Of a stretch of 64,000 nucleotides of DNA, positions 37,290 to 47,918 are shown in pieces; the first letter of the stretch is position 1; the number at the start of each line of letters is the position of its first letter. The stretch covers positions 2,208,001 to 2,272,000 of the forward strand of contig CAXXIA010000002.1 of NCBI GenBank assembly GCA_963666985.2, read 5' to 3'. The translations under genes and the position numbers were made by a program. This DNA comes from Spirochaetia bacterium. GTDB taxonomy: Bacteria; Spirochaetota; Spirochaetia; DSM-2461. The notes below the pieces were generated by a model that was not told where the DNA came from, searched no databases, and worked only from the letters and a program-made list of their open reading frames with translations.

Positions 37290-38939
37290 CTATTCCCCTG
37301 TTTTCCTACTTTCCTCAACTGTCCTGAGGACTTCGGGCAAGAGCTGTTTTTTCCGCGAAAGGATTCCGGGAAGGCTGAGCACCCCGTTCTGCTGACGTTC
37401 ATAGGGCAGATCGGCAAGCACTTCTTCAAGCCCGTCCATAAGGAGAACACTGTTTTCATTCATTACATCGGTAATCAGAAGCATTGTTCCGTCCAGTGAC
37501 TTTGTTTCTTTGGCTTTCAGGAGTTCCGCTTTCAGCCCCGCCATGGCTTCATCAAGATCCGAGAGTGTCTGGACTTCCACCTGTCCTATTCCGAATCGGA
37601 CGCCGTTTGTATCGTATGTTTTGAAATCTCCGTTAACCGCCGCGGAGGGATCGACATCCGTCAGCCGTGCGCCGGAAGCGAACATCTCGCCTCCCCATTC
37701 AAGCCAATCCACTCCGGCATGCTTGGCCAAACCTTCGGCAGTCTGTCGGTCTTCCTCCGTTGTTGTCGGTGATTTGAGAAGAACGGTATCCGAGAGGATT
37801 GCCGAAAGCATCAGCTTCGCGATTTCCGTAGGAACGGCTATACCATACTGGCGATAGAGCTGGCGCAGTATGGTGCAGGTGCAGCCGACCGGCCGTGTGT
37901 AAAGACTGAAAGGTTCCCGCGACATCACCGAACCGACACGGTGATGGTCGATAATCTCCAGAATCTCCGCGTCGCGGGCGCCGGGTATGCTCTGGTCCAG
38001 TTCGTTATGATCCACAAGGACGAGTTTTTTTCGGGGGCGCTCCAGAAACGATCCCCGGGAAACGATCCCGGCGAACTGATCGGCTTCAAAAACGGGAAGA
38101 CCGCGTAGACCGGAATTGGCGAGTTTCTTCTTCGCATCGTCGAAATCTTCGGCCGTATCAAGCCGTTCCGCGTCTTTATCGATGATGCCGTCAAGAGGAG
38201 TGCTGAAGCGCAGAAGCCGTATGGTCTCGGCCGTATCCACATCCGAAAGGTAAACAGAACCGTCGTAGCGGGAGAAATCGAGTTCCCGTGCTTCCGCTTC
38301 CGTGGCGCCCGTCAGGATAACCGCCGGAAAGCCATGGGTAATGGCGTAGTCCACAAGGTCCCGCCTGAGACCGACGATAAGCATCGGCCGGTTGCTTTCC
38401 AAAGCGGTGATGCGTTCCACGCTGCGTTCAAAGGGCATCGCGCCGATCATAATCGGGGCCGTAAACTCTTCGGAGGTCCCTTTGGCGAGAATTCGGCCCG
38501 GCAGTACTTTCGACAGATTATCGATACGGAACCGGTAGGTGGGGCGGACTCCGAAAGTCTCCCGCATTAAAAAATGACTGACTTCCACGCTGCTGATCGT
38601 TCCTTGGAATTCGCCGTTTTCATCGAAGACCGGAAGAAGGCTCAAACCTGTTTCGTCCAGCATGCTGATGGCCGTCTGCAGGGGAGCTTTGGTCTCAAGC
38701 CTGGGGACATCGCGGTTCACGACGTCGCCGACGATGGTCTTGATGTCTTTCATGTAGCGCGGCGGCTCAAGACCGATTTTTTCAAAGACGATGCGTGTTT
38801 GCTGATTCAGATTGCCGCATCGTACGGCGATATACTTATTATCCTGATCAACGCGGCTTTTAAGATGTGCGTAAACATAAGCCGATGCCACGGAATCGAA
38901 GTCGGGATTACGGTGTCCGGTAACGTAAACGGTGCTCAT
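37290..38939 (-). CDS. ppaC: Mn-dependent family II inorganic pyrophosphatase with CBS and DRTGG domains
   Basis: GHRNPDFDS, LVDHNE, IIDHH, ILSDT, DFK and SRKKQ motifs, with a central CBS-DRTGG-CBS insert. Confidence 0.92.
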   Translation of the reverse strand: MSTVYVTGHRNPDFDSVASAYVYAHLKSRVDQDNKYIAVRCGNLNQQTRIVFEKIGLEPPRYMKDIKTIVGDVVNRDVPRLETKAPLQTAISMLDETGLSLLPVFDENGEFQGTISSVEVSHFLMRETFGVRPTYRFRIDNLSKVLPGRILAKGTSEEFTAPIMIGAMPFERSVERITALESNRPMLIVGLRRDLVDYAITHGFPAVILTGATEAEARELDFSRYDGSVYLSDVDTAETIRLLRFSTPLDGIIDKDAERLDTAEDFDDAKKKLANSGLRGLPVFEADQFAGIVSRGSFLERPRKKLVLVDHNELDQSIPGARDAEILEIIDHHRVGSVMSREPFSLYTRPVGCTCTILRQLYRQYGIAVPTEIAKLMLSAILSDTVLLKSPTTTEEDRQTAEGLAKHAGVDWLEWGGEMFASGARLTDVDPSAAVNGDFKTYDTNGVRFGIGQVEVQTLSDLDEAMAGLKAELLKAKETKSLDGTMLLITDVMNENSVLLMDGLEEVLADLPYERQQNGVLSLPGILSRKKQLLPEVLRTVEESRKTGE

Positions 38940-39322
38940 GAAAAGAATCCTAGCAGAAGCGGCGAATTACGGACACGTACGGAAAAGCACTTTGTACGGA
39001 CAAAATTATATTTGGGCTGATTCCCGCAAACGGATTAGGCGAGATTATTCGCCGGCATTTTATCGTTAGTTTCATTTTTTAAAGGAGTTATCAAAAAACG
39101 GCGATTTTGAAACAAAGCCCTTCCAAATCGGATCCGGAGGGTTCCGGCCATCGGTATAAACCATATTCTTGAAGAATGAAATTGCCTCTCTCTGTATGTT
39201 TTTTCTCTATTTTTCCGGAACCGGCGGCAATATAGCGATTAAAATCGTATTAAACTCCTCTTCATTGAATATAATTCAGCCTGCGATTAATCAAACTTAA
39301 AAAAGTCTTAAGGAGACCACTC

Positions 39323-41197
39323 ATGGCTTCTGATTCTCCTGATCTGCGGCGAAATGCGGTGTTCAATTCGATGATCTGTACGGCGCTTCTGCCTGTTTCT
39401 TTATTGATACTTATGGGACCCTTCGGTTATCTGGCCGGATTGATGACATGGGATGAATTGGTAAGGCTCTTTGTCAGCCCTTGGTCGATCGGGACGATAC
39501 TCATCATGATGAGCTTCGGCGCCGTCCTTCAGCTTTCGAGCTGGAAGAAATTCCACCGGCGCTTCAAAGCGGCGAAAGATGATTTCAACAGGGAACAAAC
39601 CATAAAAAAGCGGACTCGATCCGTAATCCTTATTCCCCTTGCCGTGATGTTCGTACATCTATTGATTCTTTTATTGTTTTTCGGAGTCGTTTTTCCCCGC
39701 GATTTCGAGACCTGGTTTATTTATACAACGATGCTCGCTCTGGCATTCGACGCCATGATCGGAAGTATCGCGATCAGTTTTATTATAACAGGAACGGAAA
39801 GGTACATCCGGTCGATTTTCAGCGACCCAAAACCGTTTTATCCCTTGGTCGTGAAGATGTCCTTTATCGTCGCATCGTTTACCGCGGGAGCCGTCGCGAT
39901 GTTCATTACCGTCAACAGCCTGGCCGACGCCGTCGCCGCCACCGGCCGAATCCTTCCGGCATCGTCAATTGTCGCCAATATCCTCGCCGGAGCGGCGGCC
40001 TACGGCTTGATGATCGTTATTCTCGCCAGACTGCGAAATGTCATCATCAAACCTATCCGCAACTTGGTGGATGCGTTTAAAGTTGCCGCGGAAGGGGATT
40101 TCAGAGTTTCCATATCCGTTCCCGCCGGTGACGAGGTTTCGGAGATGGCGGCCATTGCGAATTCCTTTTTTGCCGGGATGAAGGAAAACATCAGGAGTCT
40201 GGGATCCGTCGTCGGGAATCTCACTGAGAATAAAGAAGTCCTGAACGAAAAGGTCCAGGATCTCCTGGCGGCCGTTGAAGAGATCAACGCCAACATCGAG
40301 CAGACAAATAAGCAGATGGAAAACCATAGTACGAACGTCACCGAAACCTCCGCCGCGGTTGAGGAGCTCGCGAGGAATATCGACGCTTTGGGAGAGAACA
40401 TCGCCAGCCAGAACGAGAACGTCGATGAGAGTGATGCTTCGGTAAAGGAAATGCTCGATGCAAGCGCCGATCTCGGATCGTTGACCGGTCAGAGTAAAGA
40501 ACGCGTGAAAGAACTCGTTAAAGCGTCCGAAGGCAACACGAAGGTAATGAAGCAGATGACCGGGCGTATTGAAGAAATCATGGAAAGCTCCGTTATGCTT
40601 CAGGACGCGAATAAACTTATCGCCAATGTCGCGTCCCGAACCAACCTTTTAGCCATGAACGCCGCCATCGAAGCCGCGCATGCCGGAGATGCGGGCCGTG
40701 GATTCTCCGTTGTGGCGGATGAAATCCGGAAACTCGCCGAAACGTCCAGCGAACAATCCAAGTCGATAGGAGAGAGGTTGGACGCCATCGGCCGGTCGAT
40801 CGACAGCTTAGGCGGAGATTCCGCCGATGTACGGGAAGGTTTCGAGACCATGCTTTCCGATATCGGGGATGTGAGCGATTTGAACAACAGACTGTTCGAT
40901 TTCATGATGACGCTGGAATCTTTGGGCAAGGCCGTCTCTTCCTCGCTTTCGACGATGAAGGATATTGCCGGCAACGTCCTTTCGGGCAGCAATGAAATGC
41001 GGGCCGGGAATCGGGAAATAATTACGGCGATTACGAATCTTAACGATATAAGCAGAAACGTAGCCGATGCCGTCGGTGAGATTGCTCAGGGTACGAAAAC
41101 TATGAACTCTTTCACGGCCGAGGTGCGGAATCAGAACAACAGGACCGATAAGGCTTTGCAAACGCTTGAAGCCATTGTAAGTCGGTTCAAGATTTAG
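39323..41197 (+). CDS. Methyl-accepting chemotaxis protein with polytopic membrane N-terminus
   Basis: HAMP (GDF..DEVSEMA) and [35 protein letters not shown] signalling hairpin. Confidence 0.95.
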   Translation: MASDSPDLRRNAVFNSMICTALLPVSLLILMGPFGYLAGLMTWDELVRLFVSPWSIGTILIMMSFGAVLQLSSWKKFHRRFKAAKDDFNREQTIKKRTRSVILIPLAVMFVHLLILLLFFGVVFPRDFETWFIYTTMLALAFDAMIGSIAISFIITGTERYIRSIFSDPKPFYPLVVKMSFIVASFTAGAVAMFITVNSLADAVAATGRILPASSIVANILAGAAAYGLMIVILARLRNVIIKPIRNLVDAFKVAAEGDFRVSISVPAGDEVSEMAAIANSFFAGMKENIRSLGSVVGNLTENKEVLNEKVQDLLAAVEEINANIEQTNKQMENHSTNVTETSAAVEELARNIDALGENIASQNENVDESDASVKEMLDASADLGSLTGQSKERVKELVKASEGNTKVMKQMTGRIEEIMESSVMLQDANKLIANVASRTNLLAMNAAIEAAHAGDAGRGFSVVADEIRKLAETSSEQSKSIGERLDAIGRSIDSLGGDSADVREGFETMLSDIGDVSDLNNRLFDFMMTLESLGKAVSSSLSTMKDIAGNVLSGSNEMRAGNREIITAITNLNDISRNVADAVGEIAQGTKTMNSFTAEVRNQNNRTDKALQTLEAIVSRFKI

Positions 41198-41365
41198 CCA
41201 CAATAATGTGAACCGAGTGCCCCCGCCCGCTAGCGACGGCGCTTTTGCGGGGTAAGCGGCGGCAGGGTAATGGAAGAGGGTGAATACGTTTTATCGGTTT
41301 CGTCCGGTACGGCCGCCGAAATCACCCGTTGGGAATCTCCGGAGAATTCGAAGGAGGCGTGTTCG

Positions 41366-41929
41366 ATGCGCATTTTAGTAACGATAGATCACCCGTGGAA
41401 CGGAAGCTTTAATCATGCCGTTCTCGAAAGGGTTGTTCGAACTCTTGAGTCGGAAGGACATGAGGTTGATATTCTCGATCTGCACAAGGACGGCTTTAAT
41501 CCTGTTTTAAGCGAAAAGGAACTTTCTCTCTACACCGCCGGGAAATATCTCGATCCCAAGGTCGGCGAGTATCAGGATCGAATCGGACGGGCGAGTTATC
41601 TTGTTTTTATTTTCCCTGTCTGGTGGGAGGTGATGCCCGCATTGCTTAAGGGTTTTTTCGACAAGGTCTTTCTCCCCGGTTGGGCTTTTCGGGAAGATGA
41701 CGCCTCGCCTTTGCTGTTCTCCGTCGGCGGAGCCACGGTGATAACCACGATGGGAGCGCCGGAATCTCCCCATACTTCCGTGGAACCGGTTCTCTGTCGG
41801 GGTATTCTCGAATTTTGCGGAATAAAAAATAATAAATTGTTCGGCATAAGAGATATAGCGAACAAGCTTCCCGAAGAACGGGCGGCATATCTCGACGATA
41901 TCGAGGCGCATCTGCGGGAATTGGCATAG
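41366..41929 (+). CDS. Flavodoxin-fold NAD(P)H:quinone oxidoreductase (KefF/NQO-like)
   Basis: HPWNGSFN, DLH..GFNPV and FPVWW..MPALLKGFFDKV; start behind AAGGAGG. Confidence 0.92.
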   Translation: MRILVTIDHPWNGSFNHAVLERVVRTLESEGHEVDILDLHKDGFNPVLSEKELSLYTAGKYLDPKVGEYQDRIGRASYLVFIFPVWWEVMPALLKGFFDKVFLPGWAFREDDASPLLFSVGGATVITTMGAPESPHTSVEPVLCRGILEFCGIKNNKLFGIRDIANKLPEERAAYLDDIEAHLRELA

Positions 41930-42006
41930 GAGTTCTTGACCGCCGGATTTGGAAGAATTACGGTTTTTAATAAGCATTAGTAATTTTTCCACCTGAGGAG
42001 ACGGTC

Positions 42007-43881
42007 GTGTCGCCAAAAAACGAAGACAAGCGAAAGAAAGCAGTTGTTCATACCACGGCATTAAGCGCATTGTTTGTAATTTTTGTTTTATTTCTTCTTG
42101 CTCCTTTTTCATACATAACAGGCTTATTTTCGAAAAAGGAGTTTCTCGGTCTCTTTACAGATGTCAGAGTTCTCGGACTTACCGTCTTCCTGAGTTTGTT
42201 GGGTTTGATTTTTCAATTAGGTAATTGGAGACGATTTCATCGGCGATGTAGAAATTTTTCCGAAGGTTCCATCCCCTTTGAATTGATTCGTAATCAGTCT
42301 CGGACTGTTCTCTGGAGTTTCTTTGCCGCCGTATTGGCGCAATTTGTTTTTGTCATATTGCTTTTTTCTTTTGTTTATCCTCTGGAATTGGAATACTGGC
42401 TGGTCTATAACATCTTCGTTAACCTTTCTTTCTGCGCCATGGTCGGAAGCTTTCTTCTCAGTTTTATCATAAGCAGCACCGAGGGTTACCTTCGGACACT
42501 CTATAACGATTCACGGCATCTGTATCCTCTGGTTATGAAAATGTCGGTTCCGCTGGCGACGCTGGTAGCGGGAACCGCGTTAATGTTTATTTCGATCAAC
42601 GCTCTTGCCAAGGCCGCGGGAGATATGGGGCGTGAACTGCCGTTTTCTCCTTTTGTCTTCAACCTTATTGCCGGTATCACGGCTAATGTTTTTAATTATC
42701 TTCTTATCGGTCGAGTGAGAACTGTCATAATTAAGCCGCTCGGTTCTCTGGTTAAAGCGTTCAAAATCGCCGCGAGCGGGGATTTTAGGGTGTCCATTCC
42801 CGTTCCCGGCACCGATGAAGTCTCGGAAATGGCTTTTGTCGCCGCATCCTATTTCGACGGTATGAAGGATATGGTGCGGCGGCTTTCCGCACTTGTCGGG
42901 GATCTGGCCGAAAACAAAAGATCCCTGAACGCTAATGTTCAAGATCTTTTAGCGGCCGTTGAAGAGATAAACGCCAATATCCTTGAAACCAATAAACAGA
43001 TGGATAATCACAACGTTAATGTTACCGAGACAACCGCCGCGGTTGAACAGCTGGCGAGAAACATTGACGCTTTAGGCGGGAATATCAGCAGCCAGAATGA
43101 GAATGTCGATGAAAGTGATTATGCGGTTAATCAGATGCTGAACGCCAGTGAGGACTTGGGAAAATTGACGAACCAAAACAAAGAAAAGGTCGTGGAACTT
43201 GTTTCTGTTTCCGACGGCAACAGAGCGGTGATGGGGCGGATGACCGAACGCATCGAGGAGATTATGAAAAGTTCCGCCATGCTTCAGGATGCCAATAAAC
43301 TTATTGCCAATGTTGCCTCCCGGACCAACCTCTTAGCCATGAACGCGGCCATCGAGGCGGCTCACGCCGGGGAGGCGGGCCGGGGATTCTCCGTCGTGGC
43401 GGATGAAATCCGAAAACTTGCCGAAACATCGAGCGGACAATCAAAAACCATCGGCGAGAGACTGGACGCCATCAGCCGGTCCATCGACAGCCTGGGAGGG
43501 GATTCTGCCGGTGTTCAAGACGGTTTCGAAGAAATGACGAAAGACATTGAGGCCGTGAGTGTGATGAACCGGCAGCTTTCCGAGTTCATGACGACCTTAT
43601 CGAATCTCGGCTCGTCGGTATCGTCTTCACTGATCAAGATGAAAGACATTTCCGGTAACGTGCTCGACGGAAGTAATGAAATGAGGATAGGCAATCAGGA
43701 GATTGTTACGGCCGTTACAAACATGAACGAAATCAGCCATAAGGTTGCCGATGCCATCGGTGAAATCGCCGAGGGGACTAAAGTCATGAACGGCTTTTCT
43801 GTTGAAGTACGCAACCAGAACGACAAAACGGATGAGGCCCTTGAAACGCTCAGGGATATAGTCGGGCGGTTTCAGCTCTGA
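42007..43881 (+). CDS. Methyl-accepting chemotaxis protein, paralogue of 39323
   Basis: Same 624-aa length and architecture; near-identical signalling hairpin; GTG start behind GAGGAG. Confidence 0.95.
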   Translation: MSPKNEDKRKKAVVHTTALSALFVIFVLFLLAPFSYITGLFSKKEFLGLFTDVRVLGLTVFLSLLGLIFQLGNWRRFHRRCRNFSEGSIPFELIRNQSRTVLWSFFAAVLAQFVFVILLFSFVYPLELEYWLVYNIFVNLSFCAMVGSFLLSFIISSTEGYLRTLYNDSRHLYPLVMKMSVPLATLVAGTALMFISINALAKAAGDMGRELPFSPFVFNLIAGITANVFNYLLIGRVRTVIIKPLGSLVKAFKIAASGDFRVSIPVPGTDEVSEMAFVAASYFDGMKDMVRRLSALVGDLAENKRSLNANVQDLLAAVEEINANILETNKQMDNHNVNVTETTAAVEQLARNIDALGGNISSQNENVDESDYAVNQMLNASEDLGKLTNQNKEKVVELVSVSDGNRAVMGRMTERIEEIMKSSAMLQDANKLIANVASRTNLLAMNAAIEAAHAGEAGRGFSVVADEIRKLAETSSGQSKTIGERLDAISRSIDSLGGDSAGVQDGFEEMTKDIEAVSVMNRQLSEFMTTLSNLGSSVSSSLIKMKDISGNVLDGSNEMRIGNQEIVTAVTNMNEISHKVADAIGEIAEGTKVMNGFSVEVRNQNDKTDEALETLRDIVGRFQL

Positions 43882-43980
43882 CGTCTTGTTCGGCGGGCGG
43901 ATGGGAAACAATTGTAAACACCTGAATCCCGACCGCCGTAAAGTTGGTTCCCGTCGTTAAAAAATCATGTTCGAGGGAAC

Positions 43981-44718
43981 TTAATAATTCCCTTCCGCCG
44001 TTTCTCCGGCCATGACTTTGATGCTTGACCCTATTCCCAGGCGGTCGGCCCCGGCACGGATCATGGATACAGCCGCATCCCAGGTCCGAATCCCGCCGGA
44101 GGCTTTCACGCCCATTTCCGGTCCCACGGTTCGCCGCATCAGGGCGACGTCTTCAACGGTGGCACCGCCGGTGGAGAAGCCGGTGGATGTTTTCACGAAA
44201 TCGGCTCCCGCCTTTTTTGAGAGTTCACAGGCGATAACTTTTTCTTCGTCGGAGAGCATGCAGGTTTCCAGAATCACCTTCAGCACCGTGTTTGTCTTTG
44301 CGGCGCGTCTCACCGTCCGGATGTCTTCTTCTACGGCCGCGTAATCACCCGAACGGAGGGCGCCGACATTGATGACCATATCGATTTCAGTGGCCCCGGC
44401 GGATACGGCGTCACCGGCTTCGAAGGCTTTGCTTTCAGAGGTCATGGCGCCCAGAGGGAATCCCACTACCGAGCACACTTCGATGCCGGAACCTTGGAGT
44501 TTTCGAGCAACGTAGGAGACCCAGTATGAATTGACGCAGATGGACTTGAAATTGTACTGAATGCATTCATTGACGATTTGGTCGTATTGTTCCCGTGTTG
44601 ATTCAGGTTTAAGCAGGGTGTGATCTATGTAGCGGGCCATTTCGGCACGGGAGATGGTTCCCTCCGGTCCGTGGGATTGGTGAGAGGCCGCGTTTATCTC
44701 CGGTTTATTCGTATTCAT
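43981..44718 (-). CDS. deoC: Deoxyribose-phosphate aldolase
   Basis: IDHTLLKP, VGFPLG, EIDMVIN, KVILET, FVKTSTG and VKASGGIR. Confidence 0.96.
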   Translation of the reverse strand: MNTNKPEINAASHQSHGPEGTISRAEMARYIDHTLLKPESTREQYDQIVNECIQYNFKSICVNSYWVSYVARKLQGSGIEVCSVVGFPLGAMTSESKAFEAGDAVSAGATEIDMVINVGALRSGDYAAVEEDIRTVRRAAKTNTVLKVILETCMLSDEEKVIACELSKKAGADFVKTSTGFSTGGATVEDVALMRRTVGPEMGVKASGGIRTWDAAVSMIRAGADRLGIGSSIKVMAGETAEGNY

Positions 44719-44914
44719 GTTAATCTCCTTGTGGATTTACAGCTTCTTATATAATAAACCGAACGCGGATGGAGTTTCAGAATAATTTTTGCCCTCGGCA
44801 TTCATGAAGAGACATCATAGAGGTAACATTGAGCATGAAGCGCCCCGCCGCAATCGGCGGAATTAAGATTAAAGCTCATCGACTTCAGCGCTGTCCGCTG
44901 TATAAAATCCATGC

Positions 44915-45712
44915 ATGTGCGTCCGTGCATTCGAGCCTGCCGATTTAGTCCCTCTGGCGGAACTCCAGCCCGAGGGGTGGACCGACATCGTGCCCATGTT
45001 CAAGTATTATCTTCGTTCCGCTTTCTGCCGCCCGATGAAAATCGAAAAGGACAGCATTCTTGTCGGTGTGTGCGCGGCCATCGTGTTCCCCGGAACCGGC
45101 TGGCTGGCCCACGTTATCGTGCGGGAAAGCTTTCGCGGCGGCGGCTTCGGCCGGCGGCTTATAAAAAAAGCACTATCCGATATGAATTCCATGGGATGCG
45201 GTACGGTGTCTCTGATTGCCACCGACGCGGGACACCCCTTGTATCTTCGGGCCGGTTTTCGGGATCAGATGGAATATATCGTATATCAAGGATCCAGAAT
45301 CCCCCTCTCGGCCGCCTCGGAAGGTGTTCGTCCGCTGACTTTCATCGATATTCCGGAGCTGGAACGACTTGACCGGATTGTTTCGGGAGAACGGCGCCGG
45401 GCTTTAATTCGGGGTTCGGCGGCCGACGCTTCCGTGTACGAGAAAGACGGGCGGATTAAGGGAGCTTATTTACCGGCCCTTGGCGAAGGTTCCGTTATTG
45501 CTGTGAACGCATCTTCGGGTACGGCCCTACTGCGGGAGAAAATCGTCAGAGACGATAAGGTCGTTATTCCGGAGGGGAACGAAACGGCGCGGCGAATCCT
45601 GGGCGGCTGGGGATTTCGGGAAACTTCCCGAATGATAAGGATGGTTCTCGGCCCGGAATTCGCCTGGAAGCCGGATTGCCTTTTCGGCAGGGCGGGAGGC
45701 AATCTCGGATGA
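44915..45712 (+). CDS. GNAT family N-acetyltransferase (tandem-GNAT type)
   Basis: VRESFRGGGFG acetyl-CoA motif and LIATDAGHPLYLRAGF. Confidence 0.85.
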   Translation: MCVRAFEPADLVPLAELQPEGWTDIVPMFKYYLRSAFCRPMKIEKDSILVGVCAAIVFPGTGWLAHVIVRESFRGGGFGRRLIKKALSDMNSMGCGTVSLIATDAGHPLYLRAGFRDQMEYIVYQGSRIPLSAASEGVRPLTFIDIPELERLDRIVSGERRRALIRGSAADASVYEKDGRIKGAYLPALGEGSVIAVNASSGTALLREKIVRDDKVVIPEGNETARRILGGWGFRETSRMIRMVLGPEFAWKPDCLFGRAGGNLG

Positions 45713-45932
45713 GGGCCGGCTGAAAGCCCGTACTCCCGCCGTAAGGCAGACGGTCCTCATGCTGCCGACTGAACGCCGAACGCGAACGTAACGAACGTCG
45801 ATACGGAGTTTGAACCGTCTGCAATCCGGAATTTTGTATAACTTTTTTCTTTTTACAACTTGAGTAAGAAGAACGAGAATTGATTATGGAAGGAGAACTT
45901 CAGGACAATTCGGTTCTCGCTTTGAGTATATT

Positions 45933-47828
45933 GTGACTTTTCGAAGACTGCTGTTTATTATTTTTGTATTGATCTCATTCACGCTTACTTCCTGCAGGGA
46001 ACGAGGAACTCAGCCGCTGGCGAAGAACGGCATTCTGGATCTTCGGGATTGGGATTTCAAGGAAAAGGGAGTTATCCGGCTTAATGGGGAGTGGAATTTT
46101 TATTGGAAAAACTTCATCGATCCCGCGGCGGATTTTTCATCGGAAAGTTCCGGGAAGAATCTTATTTCCGTACCCTCTTTTTGGAACGGCTTCAACGATG
46201 GAAAGGGAAAGGTCGGGGGAAAGGGATATGCCTGTTATCACCTGCGAATCCTTTTGCCGCCGAATCCTCCCCGAATGGCGTTTACAGCGAAAGATATTCA
46301 TTCGGCGTTTAATCTTTATGCCAATGGAGAACTTCTTATTTCAACCGGTACCGTGGGTACGGATCAAGATTCTTCCATTACGAGTTTTTCTCCCTCCTTC
46401 ATCGGCTACACACCGAAATCGGAGATCGTCGATATCGTTGTTCATGTGTCGAATTTTGATTTTCTTCACGGCGGTATGTGGATTCCCATTCATTTTGGTG
46501 AGACGAATCAGCTTCGTGTAAGAGAAGAATCCGACATCATAATAGATTTTCTCATATTGGGTTTTATTCTCACCATGGGCTTTTACCATATGATGCGATT
46601 TATCACCGTTAAGTTTGAATGGATGTCTTTTCATTTCGGGATGATCTGCATATCCGTTGGGTTGTTAACATTTATTCTCGATGATTTGCATGCCTATCGA
46701 TTATTTCCAAACTCGAGTTTCCCGCTTCTCTTTCGAATCGGATTATGGTCCTTCACAACCGCGCTTTCCGCCTTCTTTTCCTTCACTCGGAGTTTGTATA
46801 AAGATCTGATAAATAGGCATGTATTTAACTTTGTTATTCTTGTAAGCGCTTTTTTCTCTCTGATTATTCTTGTTTCACCGTTAAGACTTATTGCATGGGC
46901 TTTAATGGTTTATCAGTTGATTACATTTACGGCCTTCGGCTACATGTGCTTCATTTATATTCGAGCCGTACGCTTGAAGCTTTTCGGTTCCCGAATACTT
47001 ATCGTGGGATTTGCAATTCTCTTCATTGCTTCGGTGAACGATATGCTCTATATGAATCATTTCATTGAAACCGGCTATATATTCAAATGGTCTTTTATTT
47101 TTGTCCTTATTCTTCAGACCTATTTGATTACCCGTATGGTTCTGGAAGATTATCAGAAAATGGCCATACAGAATCGGGATCTTACCGAAACCCGATTGGG
47201 AGTTATCATCGGATTAGCCAAACTGGCCGAATACAGAGACGGAGAAACGGGGGCCCATCTGGATCGCATTCGGGATTACTGTTTCATCTTAGCTGAAGAA
47301 CTGATTCTGCTTCCTCGATTTAAAGACTATATTGACGCAAAGTATGTGGACGATCTTTGCTATTCCTCCATCCTTCATGATATTGGGAAGGTTGGCGTAT
47401 CGGATTCAATCCTGCTGAAACCGGGACGACTGACGGAAGAAGAATTCAGCCAAATAAAAAAGCATACGACGATCGGCGGTGATTCCATAAAAAATGTGGA
47501 AAAAGGTTTGAGCGACCGAACCTTTCTCTCCCTCGGTAAAGAAATCGCCTACTATCATCATGAGAAATGGGACGGAAGCGGTTATCCCGAAGGGAAAAAG
47601 GGAAAAGAAATTCCGTTATCCGCCAGAATCGTTGCTCTTGCGGACGTTTACGACGCATTGACGTCCAAACGTCCCTATAAAGAAGCGTTTTCTCATGAAA
47701 AGGCCCGCAAAATCATTATTGAAGGCCGGGGAATTCATTTTGATCCGGATATTGTTGATGCGTTTTTGTCCAGAGAGAAAGACTTTAAAATTCTCAGAAT
47801 GCGGCTGATTGATGAGCCGGCGGATTAA
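45933..47828 (+). CDS. 7TM-DISM sensor fused to HD-GYP c-di-GMP phosphodiesterase
   Basis: GILDLRDWDF..LNGEWNFYW extracellular domain, about 7 TM segments, ETGAHLDR, HDIGK, HHEKWDGSGYP and ADVYDAL. Confidence 0.92.
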   Translation: MTFRRLLFIIFVLISFTLTSCRERGTQPLAKNGILDLRDWDFKEKGVIRLNGEWNFYWKNFIDPAADFSSESSGKNLISVPSFWNGFNDGKGKVGGKGYACYHLRILLPPNPPRMAFTAKDIHSAFNLYANGELLISTGTVGTDQDSSITSFSPSFIGYTPKSEIVDIVVHVSNFDFLHGGMWIPIHFGETNQLRVREESDIIIDFLILGFILTMGFYHMMRFITVKFEWMSFHFGMICISVGLLTFILDDLHAYRLFPNSSFPLLFRIGLWSFTTALSAFFSFTRSLYKDLINRHVFNFVILVSAFFSLIILVSPLRLIAWALMVYQLITFTAFGYMCFIYIRAVRLKLFGSRILIVGFAILFIASVNDMLYMNHFIETGYIFKWSFIFVLILQTYLITRMVLEDYQKMAIQNRDLTETRLGVIIGLAKLAEYRDGETGAHLDRIRDYCFILAEELILLPRFKDYIDAKYVDDLCYSSILHDIGKVGVSDSILLKPGRLTEEEFSQIKKHTTIGGDSIKNVEKGLSDRTFLSLGKEIAYYHHEKWDGSGYPEGKKGKEIPLSARIVALADVYDALTSKRPYKEAFSHEKARKIIIEGRGIHFDPDIVDAFLSREKDFKILRMRLIDEPAD

Positions 47829-47918
47829 GAATCGGGGTTCCCGGCATCGAAAGAAACATCGGTGCCGTTTTCACGAATCCGCAGTTTCTAAGCGGATTGT
47901 TCCGAACCCCCCGCGTAC

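Noticed and set aside
43981..44718. DeoC N-terminal extension as a microcompartment targeting peptide
   Set aside because: It is not an amphipathic-helix pattern and there are no shell genes in the window.
45770..45800. Short GAACG repeats after the GNAT gene
   Set aside because: Irregular 5-mers without spacers; not a CRISPR array or a supportable element.
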